A stretch of 64,000 bases of DNA, from the NCBI GenBank assembly GCA_013265495.1, contig MU058059.1, positions 992,001 to 1,056,000 on the forward strand, given 5' to 3'. Positions 35,101 through 48,908 of the stretch are shown here, piece by piece (positions within the stretch are counted from its first letter, which is position 1; the number at the start of each line of letters is the position of its first letter). Under the pieces are notes generated by a model. It had not been told where the DNA came from, searched no databases, and saw only the letters and a list, made by a program, of their open reading frames with translations. The translations under genes and the position numbers were made by a program. Source of the DNA: Vicugna vicugna. Its lineage: Eukaryota.

Positions 35101-38100
35101 GCCCCCCTTCGCAGGAGACACCGAGGCTCCGCGGGCTGCGGCGGGGCACACGCCCAGGGACCGCGCGCGAGCCGACCTCGGCCCGACTGCGCCTCCCGGC
35201 GCGGGGGAGGGGGCGCCGCGGGACTTCAGGAGCGTCGCGCAGCCACGGCCTCCTCCATCCGGGCGCAGGGCAGGCTCGGGCCGACGCCGCCAGACCGGTG
35301 CCAATCGCGTCGCCACTGGATTTGCACTGCGCTTTTTGGGCTCCCCCTCCACCCCGCCCAGACACCCCGGGAGGGTAGGGGGAGGGTGCTCCTGACCTTC
35401 AGGTGAGTTATTTATTGGCTTAGGGACTGCAGAGGTTTGGTAGGGGTCTTTTTTTTTCCCCTTTGAAAGGAAAAAAAATCAAATTGGCGATGTTTTGCCT
35501 AGGGTGGGTACCCCAGAAATACTGAGTTAGTGGAGAAGATCTGAAGACAGGTTGAGAAAGAGGTTTCCTGTCTTTGGGCATCGCCCTCCTCCCCACCATA
35601 AGCCTGCGGTTAGTTACAGGTGGTCTAGGCTTCCCAGCCTACCAGGGAAGTCATTATTGGTAGGGCTTCCCGCCGAAATGGAGAGGTGGGGGTGTACACT
35701 GATTTGCAGGCAAAAGAAATGATTCCCAGTCGTCTCCCAATATCTAAGCTCTAAACAAGCAGCCAAGGCACATTTATCAAAATATTAAGGGCCTCTCCAA
35801 ATGCTTTTAGTCACCCTTCCGGGAACTCACCGACTCATTTAGGGAAGGAAAAATGGATTTACAGAAGTATTGCATTTACTGTTGGGTGCCAAAGATGTGG
35901 TGCAGAGTAAAGGGCTGTGGCGGAGCTTCAGGGTCTGGTCTGCCAGGGCCCTCGGGGTGGGAAGACTTGGCCTGCGTTTCCAGGACAGGAAAGACGGCAA
36001 TAGAATCCGGAGGAGACATTTTTCAGGTTGCAGGAGAGAGGAGGTTGGAAAATTGTGGTTGCTGTGTTTCTATGGAGTTTAGGAACTATTTTTGTAGAAG
36101 ATGTACAGCTTTGGGAAATTTTGAGGAAGAAAATGTGACCTAAGACATGTCAGGAAAAATACTCTGATGACACTGCAAAGACTTGATGGGTCAATACCAG
36201 GAACTGATACGAGGTGACTATGGCATTGTCCCAAGCACCAGAGAGAACAAAGACCTGAACTATCTTTCAGGTGACAGATAGAGGTGAAAGTTCAAATAGT
36301 AGACATGTGGGGTGATTACTTGCATCAGTTTCCTATCAGGGCCACACGAGTGTTGGAGACATACATGCACACATCACACCTGTACATACATGGTTGTGTG
36401 TCTTGCATGTAAGATCTGTGAATAAAGAAAGGCTTTATTTTCCTCTTTTGTGCACACTCTAAAACACTTTCCTTTCAAAGTGGACTTGAACAAATTGTGT
36501 TGTTTACAATATACACTACGTTGGCATTATCAGTCCAGACAGATGGTTTCATATTTTCATTCATTTTATTTCTGTATTTTTGCTATTTTTTTGTAATTGA
36601 AAGCAAACTGTTTTCTCCCTGACTGATAAATCAATCTTTCTGGTGATGGAGAAAATCAGCAATAGTGGATGAATGTCTATTTTCTTGGGAGAAACTGTTC
36701 AAATACTAAATCTTGTTTAAAAAGTTAGAAGTACCTAGCTAATTATCTGCATATTGCATGAATTCAAACTTCAGAGTAAAAACCATACTGCTTCGTGGTG
36801 TAAGAGTAAATCTGGGAAGCAAGGACTGCGAAACACTTTGGGTTTGACCCAGGCTCTCTGCTCTTCTGTTTTTCCTAGCACACATACGGAGAAAAAGAAA
36901 CGCCAAACAAAAATTCATGAGTAGCACCTAGCTAGCTGACCAGTAACTTGCTTGCATCTCTGTAATAAACCCTCTTCCTTATACCTTGTTAATACTGTGC
37001 CTGAGCTGCTCTGCGTCATCTCTGTCTCCCCGCAGTGCCTCACTGGGTACATTGCAAGCAAGCACCAAACACTTTTGCTAAATGAACGGACAGCGAATAA
37101 TGAACTAAGTTGTCACTTGACTGAGGATTCCGTTCCCTCATGCATAAAATAAAGGATTATTCCCAAATGTCTTATGCTTCAAAAACACTAGGGTTCCACA
37201 AAATAAAAAGACATGATCACATCTTAATACCCGCTAGGTAAAAAGCAATAATGAGAAACTATTTCACTCTCATCAGGAAATAAAATAATGAGCTCTTCCG
37301 TGTGGAAAAGAGAAGGGAAGTCACAAAATAAAGTAGAAGGCAAGGTGATGATGCCATCAGAGTTGCATTTGCTTTTTTATAAAAGATGGGTACCGCCCTG
37401 CTTCCCTCTCTCTACAAAAATAAAGCCACTCTACCCTCAGAGAATTTTTTGACTCTTGTCAATGTAAGACCTCTCCTGATGCTTTTTCAGTGGACTATAG
37501 AAAAGCAGTTCTTGGTTAAAAGGAATGCCTTTCACACAGCACCAGAGTTAGTGCAAATTTGACTTGAAAACAGTCAGATTCCAAATTTTGTCTGTTCACA
37601 TGGGAAATGCTGAAATAATCCATGAAGTGTGGGGAAAGATTCCAGGACTCCAGCTCTGGTCTCAGGATACCCATTCTGGTCTCTCCCACCATCCTAAGGC
37701 TTCCCCTCCATGGGGGCTTCCTGAAATTGCTCTCTTGTAAACAAGATACATCACTGAAGGCCAATCCAGAATTCCAACCATGGTACAGAGAAAAGGGGCA
37801 CAACTGACTTCAGGTAAAATATGTGTGTCCCTTCATCTCAAGCTGTAGAAACAAGCTTCCCCATGAACCTCCATCCAACGACAGCATCTTGACTCACTGG
37901 TCCTCGGCTACCAGACCAGCAGTGATGACTCCAGCCTGATAGCCAAGGCAGGGGCAGAATTTGCAGGTCATCTCACCAGCCTCATCAACAAGACTACAGG
38001 TTGTATGACAGCTTCACCAGTAAGACTCCGGAAAGAGACGATGGACAGTCTGTCCAGGGCCCCCATTGGGGCGTTGCCCTCCAGTGCAAGGACTGGGAAA

Positions 38101-39869
38101 ATACTGAGGCTGAGCAAATCCTACAAATGGGGCCACCCTCACAGGCAGGCAACACTCACCCACCCTGTGGGCAATCTCAGACCACCCTCCATTAAAGCAC
38201 TGTGGTATTTAAGAATATCTCCGCATCGTTCAGTCCTTTAAGCTGACTGTTTCTCAGCACCAGTTGCCTTAGCACAATGTTAACACTTGCAGTAACCAGT
38301 TGAGGCTCCTTTTATGCTCAGGATAAGGTCAGGCACCTGAATTGCACATCAAGTCTGTGAAATGAGAACACAAAATCTTCAGCTGTGGCGTTACCAGGGA
38401 CCATAAATAAGGGAAATGCAGGGATGAATGCATAATTCAGAAGCAACAAGCTTATTCTTCTGAAATAAAAATTCATTTGAGAGTTTCGAGGTTCTAAGAA
38501 TAGTGCTGAATTAACAGCTCATCAAGGCTTCCAAATGCTTCCTTCATTTTGAGTTTGTATACATCATTTTAGGGGTCTACGTACATGCAGAGCACAGATG
38601 CAAAACGAAATTTTAAGATGCCAATAAGTACAAATGCAGCACAAAACTGAGAAAAATGTGTACATGTGAGAGGGAGCAAGTTTAGATGTGCTAGCACAGC
38701 ATTCAAAAAAATCATTTGTATTCATCAAATTCCCTACTTGCCTCCTTTCTGTCTTTGTGCTCTTGTAAAAATATTAGTCAAAAAGGCGGGGCCAGTACAT
38801 ATCATGTAAGTTTCATTATATTAAAATGTGCCCTTATTAAACTATTTTTTGCTTTCTCCATTGCTAGCAAATTTTGAAAGAAATCTCAGCACTTTTCAAT
38901 AGAATAATTTCTTACAGTAAAATTTTAAGGGCTATTCCAATCCTCAGTTCTTTATAAAGTTTTAATGCTCAATAATTCTATTCTCTTCCCCTTAAGAAAA
39001 AAAATAAAAACCCATCAAGAATATTTTATGTTTTGGCAATTTGCATATAATGACAAAATATAAAGAATGGGAGTTGGTAATCTGTAATATTACTCGATTC
39101 AACTCCCAAGCTGTTCACCATCTGAGACCACGCTGATACTCCAAACAGATAGATGATCCCTGTTGGGTTGTGCCAAGACACTTAACGTTTTAATCACTTC
39201 CCCCAGAAAGACATAAAATAAATGCCAGCAAGCCCCTCAACCTCCTGTAAAGTCATAAATACTCCTAACCAGCGAGTGTATTTCATTCTAACAGCAATCA
39301 TCAAGAATTAGCCGAAGAAGAATAAATGGTAACAAGACACACTCAGGTGTCTGGTTTATTGTTGATTCTGTGTCCAGATCCATGGTCTTCTCTTTGGGCA
39401 AACATATAGTTAACTTTACAAACTGCAAAACATGCAGCTGTAACTACTCCAAGAGAAATGTCAGCTTTGCTGCTTGATTTGATTCCTGTTTTCCAGGACC
39501 ATTTTTTTTTTTCCATTTCCAATTGCCTCCCTATTCAGGCATACTTAACAGTATGGGTACAACCTGAAAATGTGGTTCCGCTCTAGTCCACAGCTTCCAG
39601 AATGTTCTAGGAGTCAATGAAAACATTATTAGAATATCTGTGTCCCTTGAAATATATCTGGTGCTCATTAGAGCAAAGCCATTTCAAAGAGAGCCTATGC
39701 TATTGACTCTTTCCTGTTCAAGATGTTTATCAGGCATTTGTCAGAACATCCAAAGCGGGCTTTTTTGCAGATAATACAGATCTGAGAAGGATGCCAGAGT
39801 TTCTCAATCAGGTTGTAAAGTTTACATTTTATATTTCCGTGTCAACACTAATCTTGGAAAGCACTGAAA

Positions 39870-40041
39870 GTATTCACACCCCTTACATCAGAATCCCTCA
39901 GAGCGCTGGTTAATAACGTAGCATCTTGGGTCCAGCCCCAGAATAAGCAAACCAGAACCTCAGGGATGGGGTCCAGAGATGGGGCACTTTCACCAAGCTC
40001 CCCAGGTGATTCGAAGTCATGCTCAGTTTTGAGAACCACTG
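39870..40041. mobile_element. MER5A-like element
   Basis: catcagaatccctcag...caagctccccaggtgattc...tttgagaaccactg. Confidence 0.7.
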
Positions 40042-41667
40042 AACCAGGTGACCAGGGCACAGCAGTAATGACACAGGTGACAAAGTTATCCACCCAGATG
40101 TTGCACGGAAGGTGGAGCAGAGACAAATGAGAGGATGGCCTGAGTCAGCCATGTAGGTGAGCAGAACTGAAGGGAGGCAGTCAGCACGCATCTGGCAAGA
40201 AGAGTTACTGCCTGGCCCCTGTCGCTGCGTACATCAATTTGCAACAGCCGTTCATTGGCAGTAAGTGTAGCAATAAATAACAGTGAAAGATTGTTCTGTA
40301 CCCAATTCTAGCAGTAATTGGATTAGATGCCCATTTGCTGAAAACTGCAATAACACTGCAACTCTGACCTTAATTTCCAAGTGCACAAAACATCTTCACA
40401 AAGTTGCCAAGGGATGTCTCATTAAAACGGGAAATGGAGGCCGTTTGGGTTAAGTTTGAGATTTGACTCTCCCCAGCCCGGCAACTAGAGACTTTTAGTT
40501 ATTCATACCTTTTTCTAGAACATACATATATGCAGCCAGGCATCCCTTGTGCTGCTTCATGAGAGCTAGTGACCAAACTAAAGAAAGAAACTGACCACAG
40601 GCTACACCCTTCTCCCCTGGAGCACAACATGAGGAATTTTTTCAGAGAAACGAGATCATCAACTCCATTAACACGTTAATTGTATCAGTCCTGTATTTTT
40701 TCATATCAATTTCTAAGGCTAGTTTGGTTTTATAGTTGAGACCTACAGCATGAGAAACTTAAATCTAGTTTTACATCAATATTTAAGTAACAAAAGTAAT
40801 ATAAGACAACATGGGGAGGGGCATCAGAAATGTTTTCTTTCATTAAAGGGATGTTGAAGAATGGAGTTTCAGTTCAATAAAAGATAATGCATTCTAATGT
40901 GGACCAGCTATCTTATGAGTAGTGGGCTGTCCAGCCAGAAGGGTCAAGGGGACACCAGATGACATCTGTCAATAATACCGCAGAAGAGATTCCTCTGTTA
41001 GGTGGGCATTTGGGCAAGACCGTACTTTAAGTCCTGTCCAACTCTGAGATCAAATAATCTTCCAAGTTCTGAGCCCAGACCAGGGCTTGCTCACAATTCT
41101 CTACTGCTGAGGTGGCAACTCAAATGTTGACTTCAGTAAGATGCATGTATATATACATGTAATGGACTAGCCTACAAACCTCCATTGTAGGTTGCGATTA
41201 CTCTGCCATCGGTTCATTGCTTTTTCTCCCTGAATCTGAGGACCATTTCCACTGGCCCTTTCCCCTTCCCACCTGTCCCTCTGATCCATCCATCAGCTCT
41301 AAGGTACTTGCCCACCCCTGCTCATCAGCTCTTCATCACCGAGTGAGGTTTTACTGAGCTTAGGTGGATGGGCATGATATGTGAGTCAAGGTGTAAAGAT
41401 TCTAAATGGGAAAACACTATATTTCTAAGCCCTTTTCTGAATTTTTTTCCAGGTGTCCCACGTCCCATTTCCCAATGAGTCCCCTCTCTAACAAAATCAA
41501 ACAGGCACACACTTAACCATACCTGTTCATGAATGCCCTTATGGCTTGATGAACAGAGGACTGGATGATGTCTTAAAATTGTTGTGTGGCCTCGAGCAAA
41601 TTTCAGCTTCTCTCGAATCAGTGTCTATTGAAACAGTCCTTCCATTTTCTGTCTTATTAGCATAGAG

Positions 41668-42130
41668 CAGTGGTTCTCAACCATGGCTCTGCAATGGAAG
41701 AATCACTTAGGGGAGATTTTTTAAAATAGTGACTGAAGTTCATTTTCATGGTGGGGTGAGAGGTTCACGTGGGCTTGTTATTATAATTCTCTGTCCTCTG
41801 TGTGCATTTGAAATATGTCATAACAAAAAGTTTAAAATAAAACATTCTTTAAAAAATAACTGATTCTTGAGATCAACCCCAAACCAACGAGATCAGAACC
41901 ACTGGGGAGTGAAGGCCAGGCTTCGATATTTCCCAATGCTGAGGGGAGGGTATAGCCCAAGTGGTAGAGCACATGCTTAGCATCCACAAGGTCTTGGGTT
42001 TGACCCCCAGGACTTCCTCTAAAAGTAAATAGGTAAACCTAATTACCTCCCCCCTAAAAAATAAAAAAATTTAAAAAATATTTTCCAACACTCCCCCATT
42101 GGTTTTTATGGGTAGGCAGAGTTGAGAAAC
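41668..42130. mobile_element. MER5-family element interrupted by an old L1 tail (~41735-41855) and a SINE
   Basis: Starts cagtggttctcaacc, ends gttgagaaac, and carries two internal insertions. Confidence 0.7.
41941..42080 (+). mobile_element. Vic-1-like SINE with 15-bp TSD
   Basis: ggggagggtatagcccaagtggtagagcacatgcttagc...; TSD atatttcccaatgct / atattttccaacact. Confidence 0.9.
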
Positions 42131-42789
42131 AGAAATAAAAGAAGGCTAAAGCTCAAAATTAAATTGAATGTTAAGAATTCCTCAAAGGAAGGATGCTACA
42201 AATATCAAAATTAATGGCAACCACCTACTTATATCCTCAAGCAGTTGCCTGAAGCACTTGGTAGAAGTCAGTGGATCAAACAACCACATACCCCTTATCC
42301 TCTGTGAAGTTAATTATTTTTTGAACACACGTGCATTCCCTTGGACTGCCTGCCATCAGATTTGTCGATACTCACAGTCTTTAGGGGAAACTCAGTACTG
42401 TAGCTGGCTGCCCAATTCATAGCAACGTGTCAATAAAATGCTGGCATATTTAACAACAGGCATAGGGAACTCATAACACTAAATATCATGACTAAAATTT
42501 CAACAACTCTTCAAACACCCCTAAGAAAAAAAATATATCATTCATGGTTTTATTCCAAGTTCCTGCGTGAAGTAGGGAAAACATGCTTGAGCACTCGTGA
42601 TCATCTTAAGTGGATGACAGAAGATCCCAGCACGCAATCAGAGGGGTCTAGTAGGGAGTCACGTATAAACAAACATAATCTTCAAGTTGTTTGAATTGCA
42701 GCTAGCGCTTCCCCCCAGGGGTGTTCAGGCACTGGGGCTCTCCATCAGGTTGCCCAGGCCAGAGATCACTGTTTTTACAAAGAGCCAAT

Positions 42790-43025
42790 ATTTATGGGGC
42801 ATTTATTTTGTGCAAGGAACTGTCTTATGAGCTAGTTCATGAGAATACTTCGTTTCACCATCACCAGACCCCTTGTGAGATAGATCTGTAATTGCCCCTA
42901 GATCACAGAAGGGTAAATGCTGCAGAAGCTGGGTCAGCACTGTGTCCAGGGTTGCACGGCTCTGTCCAGTAGGGTCACCTTGGATACAAGTAGGATACAA
43001 ACTTGGGTGGTCAGACTCTCAAGCT
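42790..43025 (-). mobile_element. MIR SINE (diverged)
   Basis: atatttatggggcatttattttgtgcaaggaactgt...ccttgtgagatag...gtggtcagactc. Confidence 0.6.
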
Positions 43026-43349
43026 AGACCAAAAAGGCCTCTCACTACATAGTCAGATATACATATATACATGCACACGCACATTTGGTTAAATCTCAAT
43101 ATTCAATGGTTTTTGACTTTCAAACACAATAACTTTACGATTACGCAGCGCAATGAGAAAGCACTGCATTAGCTCTGCAGGCGGAGAAGCATGGAGTTAG
43201 GCAATGACTATTTCTGCCACCATGGACATATTCAAGAGCAGGAAGAGTCTGCCAAAAAGTCTCTGAGAACACGAATTTAGAAAGAATATTCAGGTTGTTT
43301 TTAGTCTAAGAAGATACTAAAAGCACTTAAGGCAAATGCTAATAAAATA

Positions 43350-43578
43350 ATTATGATTAACTTTTCTTTAACACCCACCACGTGCCCACACTGGTTTAAA
43401 GGCTTTATATCTCTGTTGTCCCTTTAGCCCTCACATTTCTGTGAAGCAGGGACACATGATCCCCGTCCTAGAGATGGTAAAACCGAGGCCCTGAGCGGCT
43501 CAGTAACTTGCCCGGGTCACACTTCGGGAAGCAGGGGCACCGGGCAGTTTTACTTCTGAGCCTGCGCTCTTAACCACA
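43350..43578 (-). mobile_element. MIR SINE
   Basis: agatggtaaaaccgaggccctgagcggctcagtaacttgcccgggtcacac...gctcttaaccac. Confidence 0.75.
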
Positions 43579-43769
43579 AAGCCAGGTTGTTCCTACTGCA
43601 CGCTGCTGGTTCAGCCGGAGCTGCCCCTGCGGAAAAGGAAATATCAAATTTAAAAAGCTGCACCCCACATGAAATGCGGGTGTGGATATGCACCTATTTT
43701 TATTAAGAAGAGCATGCTACTCCTAGTTCGAGTCTGAGAAAAACGCCAAAGGAGATGCTCTAGTCCATG

Positions 43770-44435
43770 GGTAAATCCTCGTGCAGGGTACATCCAGAAT
43801 CCACGCGCTTCCCCCCACACCCCCTGCTGGCATGCTGGGGCCAGCCGTCACCATCCCTCTCTGGGTTCCTGCAAGACTGTCATCACATCTCTCTCTTCTG
43901 CCTCCCTGGGACCTCTGAAGTCATTCTCCAAACAGAAGATACTGTGATCCTAGTAAAACAAGCCAGATCACGTCACTCGCATTTAGAGCCCCCCAGAGGC
44001 CTCCGGGACCTACATCATTTGCCCCCACCAGTCTGACCACTTCTACCAACTACACTCCCCGTCTTGCTCCCTCCGGCCCCCTTGCAGATCCTCAGACGAG
44101 CCGGCACGGCCCACCTTCAACTCTCCTCCCTGACCGGCTGACACCTCACCTCCTTCAAGTCCGCTCACAGGCCCCCTCCTCCAGGTGTCCCCCCTGAGCT
44201 GCCTGATCAGAAAGTGACCCAGCTAGCCCAGCACGCCCACCCCTGTGTCCTACTCTTTTTTTAAAAAAGTGATCTAACATACCCATCATTTCTTTATGTT
44301 TATTGTTTGTCCCCCGACATTCTCGATGTGAGCCCCACAAAGGCAGGAGTTCTGGGGTCCTGTTCCCTGGGCGTCCCGGCCACCGAGAGGAGTGCCTGGC
44401 CAAGGGAAGCCTTTCAGTACATGTTTGTTGAATGA
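43770..44435 (+). mobile_element. L2 LINE 3' remnant
   Basis: Ends gagtgcctggc...cagtacatgtttgttgaatgaa, the L2 3' terminus. Confidence 0.75.
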
Positions 44436-47400
44436 AAAAAGGAAGAAAGCAGCAAGGATTATAAAACCTGAGACTCGGGGAGAAGAGTGATCCGAGGGAC
44501 AGAAAGTCCAGAATGGCAGAGTTAGGTTGTCCAGGATTGGGAGTAGACACGAGAAGGAAGAGATTCAGAAGGAAGAAACTAAATACAAGAAGGAACCCCA
44601 CCACCCCATCCTCACCCGTGAACCAACACGGATGACACTAGCAGGGTGCGTCTCTGGCCACATCCTCAGAGAAGAAAGCAAAGGATGGTGAAGCTGCCCC
44701 TCCCCAGATGCCACTTAACCTCAGGGGGGATTTAATGAGCACTGGTCTTATCAGGACAAAAGAAGCTGTAACAGGCTCCAGGTAGGACCTCACTCATCTG
44801 TACAAACAATGGAAATGACCACTGTGGTGGGAATTGCCACCACAGCTGGAGCAGCCGTGCCCAGGCCAGTAATGTTTTTCATATCAATGGTTGCCATGGC
44901 GATATTTATAAAGATGTAGCAACGAGCAGGCAGGGAACAGTTTGAAGAGGCTGCTGGAGGAAAAGAAGTCGCAGTCCACCCTCCGTCTCCACAAATCACA
45001 CCATCCCACTTGCTCCCAATAAATGGTTCACTTCTTTTGATTGCGCTTGGCATCCCGACGAAAGTCGAGTCTTAGATTCTGTCATTCCAAGCTTGGAGCC
45101 TCTACTGGGTTTTTCCATTTGGCCTGCATTATGGTGTTATTCAGTGATTCACAGTGCCTTTTCAGAGGTCACCAGATCATTCCTTCACCTGCCAAGAATG
45201 TCTCCTAAATGCCCAGCCTCTTCCTCCACCAGGGCACCGAAGTTCTAAGGCCTCCTGCCCCCTCTGGAAGGAGCGTCCCTGTGTGTTACCATTGCCAAGT
45301 TTATGCAGCAAGTCTTAGGAGATAGACTATCCTAAAAAACCCCTCCACCCCACATCGTTCGGTTGCACGTTCTGTAAGGGAAGCAGGTTACTTTCTCAGA
45401 GTCATACTATACAGTATGAGTACATGGCATGTGAACCTTAAAAACAACCTGTAAAAACTCCAGCACCAGGTACTAGAGAGCTTAGTGAATGATACCACCG
45501 CCCCCAGGCATGCAGGTCAGAACCCTGGTATCTTCCTGCCTCCTCACTCTGCACCTTATTCCCTTTACCAGCTCAATTACTGAGTCCTTTGCATTTTACC
45601 AGAATCTCCTAGATCTGTCTCTTCCACCCTGTAATAGTTCCTTTTCGGGTCTCCAGATTCCCCGATCGGAGTGAGCTCCCCAAGACATAAGGGGGATGCT
45701 TAGAACATCCCCATCCTGGATCTCAGGGCGGGGACCACACCCTCTAAGGCAGCCTCAGGCACCCTGAGCTCTCGCTGGGCTCCTGAACCACACCCTCTTC
45801 CTCTGCTCTGGTCAGACCGCCACCTTTCCCTTCCCCTTTTCCAACTTCCCTGACTAGGTCACACGTCCTCATTAAGGGCCCCAGCAGCACTGCCACCACT
45901 GCAACTATGCACTGCGTGTGTGCAACTGTTTGATGAACTACCTCTCCCTCCAAGTCCCAGTCGAGGACCGGAACTGCTTCTGCTGGCCGCCGTTTTCCCA
46001 CCGTGGTGCATGCGGCCTGGCATGGCGGAAATGCTCAGTGGACATTTATGATAAATGAACACTGAAGGACTGTTGTCACTGGAGATGGTACAGTCCATGA
46101 TGTCTGCCTGCACACTTGGTCGCGAGGGGCTCACTCTTTCTGGATGCAAAGGAAAAGCAAATACGTAGATCCAGACTCCACGAGACCTTTTGGATCTTGG
46201 ACACTTCAGTAAGGTTCACCACGGGCACTCAAATACGTATCCATATCATTTGTAAGTGGGCACTGGGTGGGAACCAAAGCGAGGCCATTTCTCCCAGCAG
46301 TGTGACAGGAGAAGGAACACTGGGTGCCTGAAATGCTGCCGACATTGATTCTTCCTCCCCCAAGATCATCAGCCTTGGAGCTTCGCCCCTGATTCATATG
46401 TGCTCTCCGCATGTCAGCAATCAATCCTGTTCGAGGAGTTAAAGGGCAGACAAAGAGGAGACACTGGTACAGCCGTCAGGGATGGACTGCGGGGAAGCCT
46501 GGCAGACAACGAGTCTCTCTGTCTGCCCCCGGCCCTGCGGACAGGACAGAGCATGGGGCCTGGAGTCAGCCCACTGGCTCCTCCACACGGAGACCCTAAC
46601 CTTGTGGCTTGGGCCACATGCCTTCATCTTATGCCTGCTTTCTTATTTCTGAACTGAAGGACTAACCCTGCTTCAAGGACCATTGAGGGGATTAAATGAA
46701 ATAACGATGCAAAAAGCCCTGCGTGACTCTGAGCTCCTGCGGTGGCGATCACAGTAATACCCGCTGGCCGCCCCGCCTCGGCCGGGGCGGCCGCGGGCTC
46801 CCTGAGCGCTCACCCACCTCCGTCTCACCCGGTGGGATGCAGAGGCCGAGCGGGGCGCCCCTGGAGAGCCAGCCCACTTGAAAAGGTGGAGGAGGTGTGT
46901 TGAACTCACAGACCCACTTCACAGAGGGGCTGGGAAGAAGCAGTCAGGGGCCCCTACTAGCCAACCTGAGCTGTTCCATCGCCTGACGGAGAGGGCTGAG
47001 TGCAGGAAGCCACACAGCTGGAGATAAGAGCCTATATACTGATATGCGTGCTGGTCCTCACGTGATTTTTTTCCCAGTCTACGGCCGCTGCTGAAAGCAT
47101 TCTTAAAGCACTTATTTATGAAGTTCTTAAGAGCACTTGTCTCATTATTTGGGAATCCCATCAAGACCTGCAAATATGTTGTTGAAGATGGGTTTTTTTC
47201 CTGAAGGAGACAGATTTAGCACCGAGCTAATGAATAGGGGGGTTCGCTAGGGTCAGAGCTAGTGGCCACCAAAAAAAGAAAAAAGAAGAGAGAGAAGGCA
47301 AACATAAAACCCTGAGTTTTAACTATAAACACATTCAACTGAGTTCTTAGAATTGTTTAATGTGCTAGTTTGGAAGGAAGTTCAAAAAGCAGTTCCAAAA

Positions 47401-48908
47401 GGACTCTGAGCAACAGAACCAGCCCTGCTCACAAAAATAACCCTCATTTACTGAGCGCTAACTATCTGCCAGGTACTTAGTAAGTACTTCACACATTCTA
47501 TCACTTGAGATTCAGAAAACCCCAGTCTATATTTTATACAGACCCTTCATGTGGTTGCTTGAGAATCAAATATGTTCAGCTCTTCCAGCTGTGCCTAGCA
47601 CGTAGTAATAAGCACACTCTAAATGTTCACTATAATATTTATGTAAAAATATATTGATTTTTTTTCTCCAAGGGTCATTATCTGGGAGAGGGCATAACAG
47701 GACACACATTCATATTCGGCAAGTGTCTTGGTCTTTGACGGTGGGGCTGTAATTCAATTAGACTAGAGCAGGTACGAGTTTTTTGAAATTTAGGAGGATT
47801 TTCCTTGCCAACATTGCACAATGTCTGAAATTAATTAAATGATAGTTGCTGAACTGAAAAGTTTCTAGGACTCTTTCTGTATAATACCCCAGAAAAAGGA
47901 ACCTTGAGCATGCAGTCCTTATGAAGGTGACTAAACATTTCTTTTTTTCTGAGAGAAGACTTCGTGATCTTCAAAATATCTGGCTACTGTTTTATTTTTA
48001 TGAAGCTGAGGCAGCCACAGTCACTCCAAAGTTGCAGATCAATGGAAGAGATGTTAATGGTGTCCACCACGGAATGTCTTGTATCATGAGTCTGGACTTT
48101 TAACAGCCCTCTTTTCAAATTAATGGAGAAGAAAATCTTTTCCCTGGTTTCCTAATTTAGAACATCGGTTAGAAAAGAGAGAGAGACAAAGTTATGGGAC
48201 TTGGAGGGTCTACGTCAACTATGGGAAGTCCCTGCTTCTGCCAAGAAAGCTCTGCTTCTCTCCCCCTCTTCCCACCCCAGGGAGCTGCTGAGCTGGGGCC
48301 GCCTGTGAACTCCTCACTGACTCCGCTGCCACCAGAGGTAGGGCCCCGAAGGCAAAGTCTCATGGCAGCAATGCAGAACAATGGCAATTCGGTGGAACTG
48401 AAATGCGACGTTTCATCCATTCTTCAGATGTGTCATAGACGAAGCAGGCTTTTGTCCCATTACCTGGGAAGCCAACTATTAAAAGTCTTCCTATGGGAAA
48501 ATGTCTCCTGAGTTCCAAATAATCAATCCACCAATGAACTTGTGGATGTAACTGTTTATAAATTTACAGTTATTGGAAACCTCAGTCATCTGGAACCTTT
48601 TCATAGTTCATACCAATCAAGCAATATTTACTTGGTTGTTTCTCTGGAAAAACCAATGAAGAGTAAACAAAATTACTGATGGTTTAATTGCTATCTCAGA
48701 TTCTTTGCATGTGATTTAAATAAAATATTTTTGCACCTACCATACCACTGGAGGTTTTTCCAGTGAGACTAGAGAAATTTCATTATACTGCACCTATGTT
48801 ATGATGTGTTATTATATTTAAAATTTTGCCTTTATACATGCAAAGGCATGAATGTGTTGTTTAGGCTAAGTTTATACAATCTGCTGATTTTTCTTTCCAT
48901 CTTATTTT

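Larger units (their letters stand above)
33690..35400. promoter_or_regulatory. CpG-island promoter (core inside the assembly gap)
   Basis: Very high GC/CpG at 34965-35390 and CpG-rich at 33690-33870; GC box plus ETS GGGGCGGAAG at 35060-35069; CCAAT at 35301-35305. Confidence 0.85.

Noticed and set aside
34060..35378. 430-aa and 434-aa ORFs
   Set aside because: Artefacts of reading through the N gap and stop-poor GC-rich sequence.
34991..35406. Arg/Gly/Pro-rich ORFs of ~125 aa
   Set aside because: Typical spurious CpG-island ORFs with no recognisable domain.
39594..39608. Three-unit heat-shock element cTTCcaGAAtgTTCt
   Set aside because: About one such match is expected by chance and there is no supporting context.
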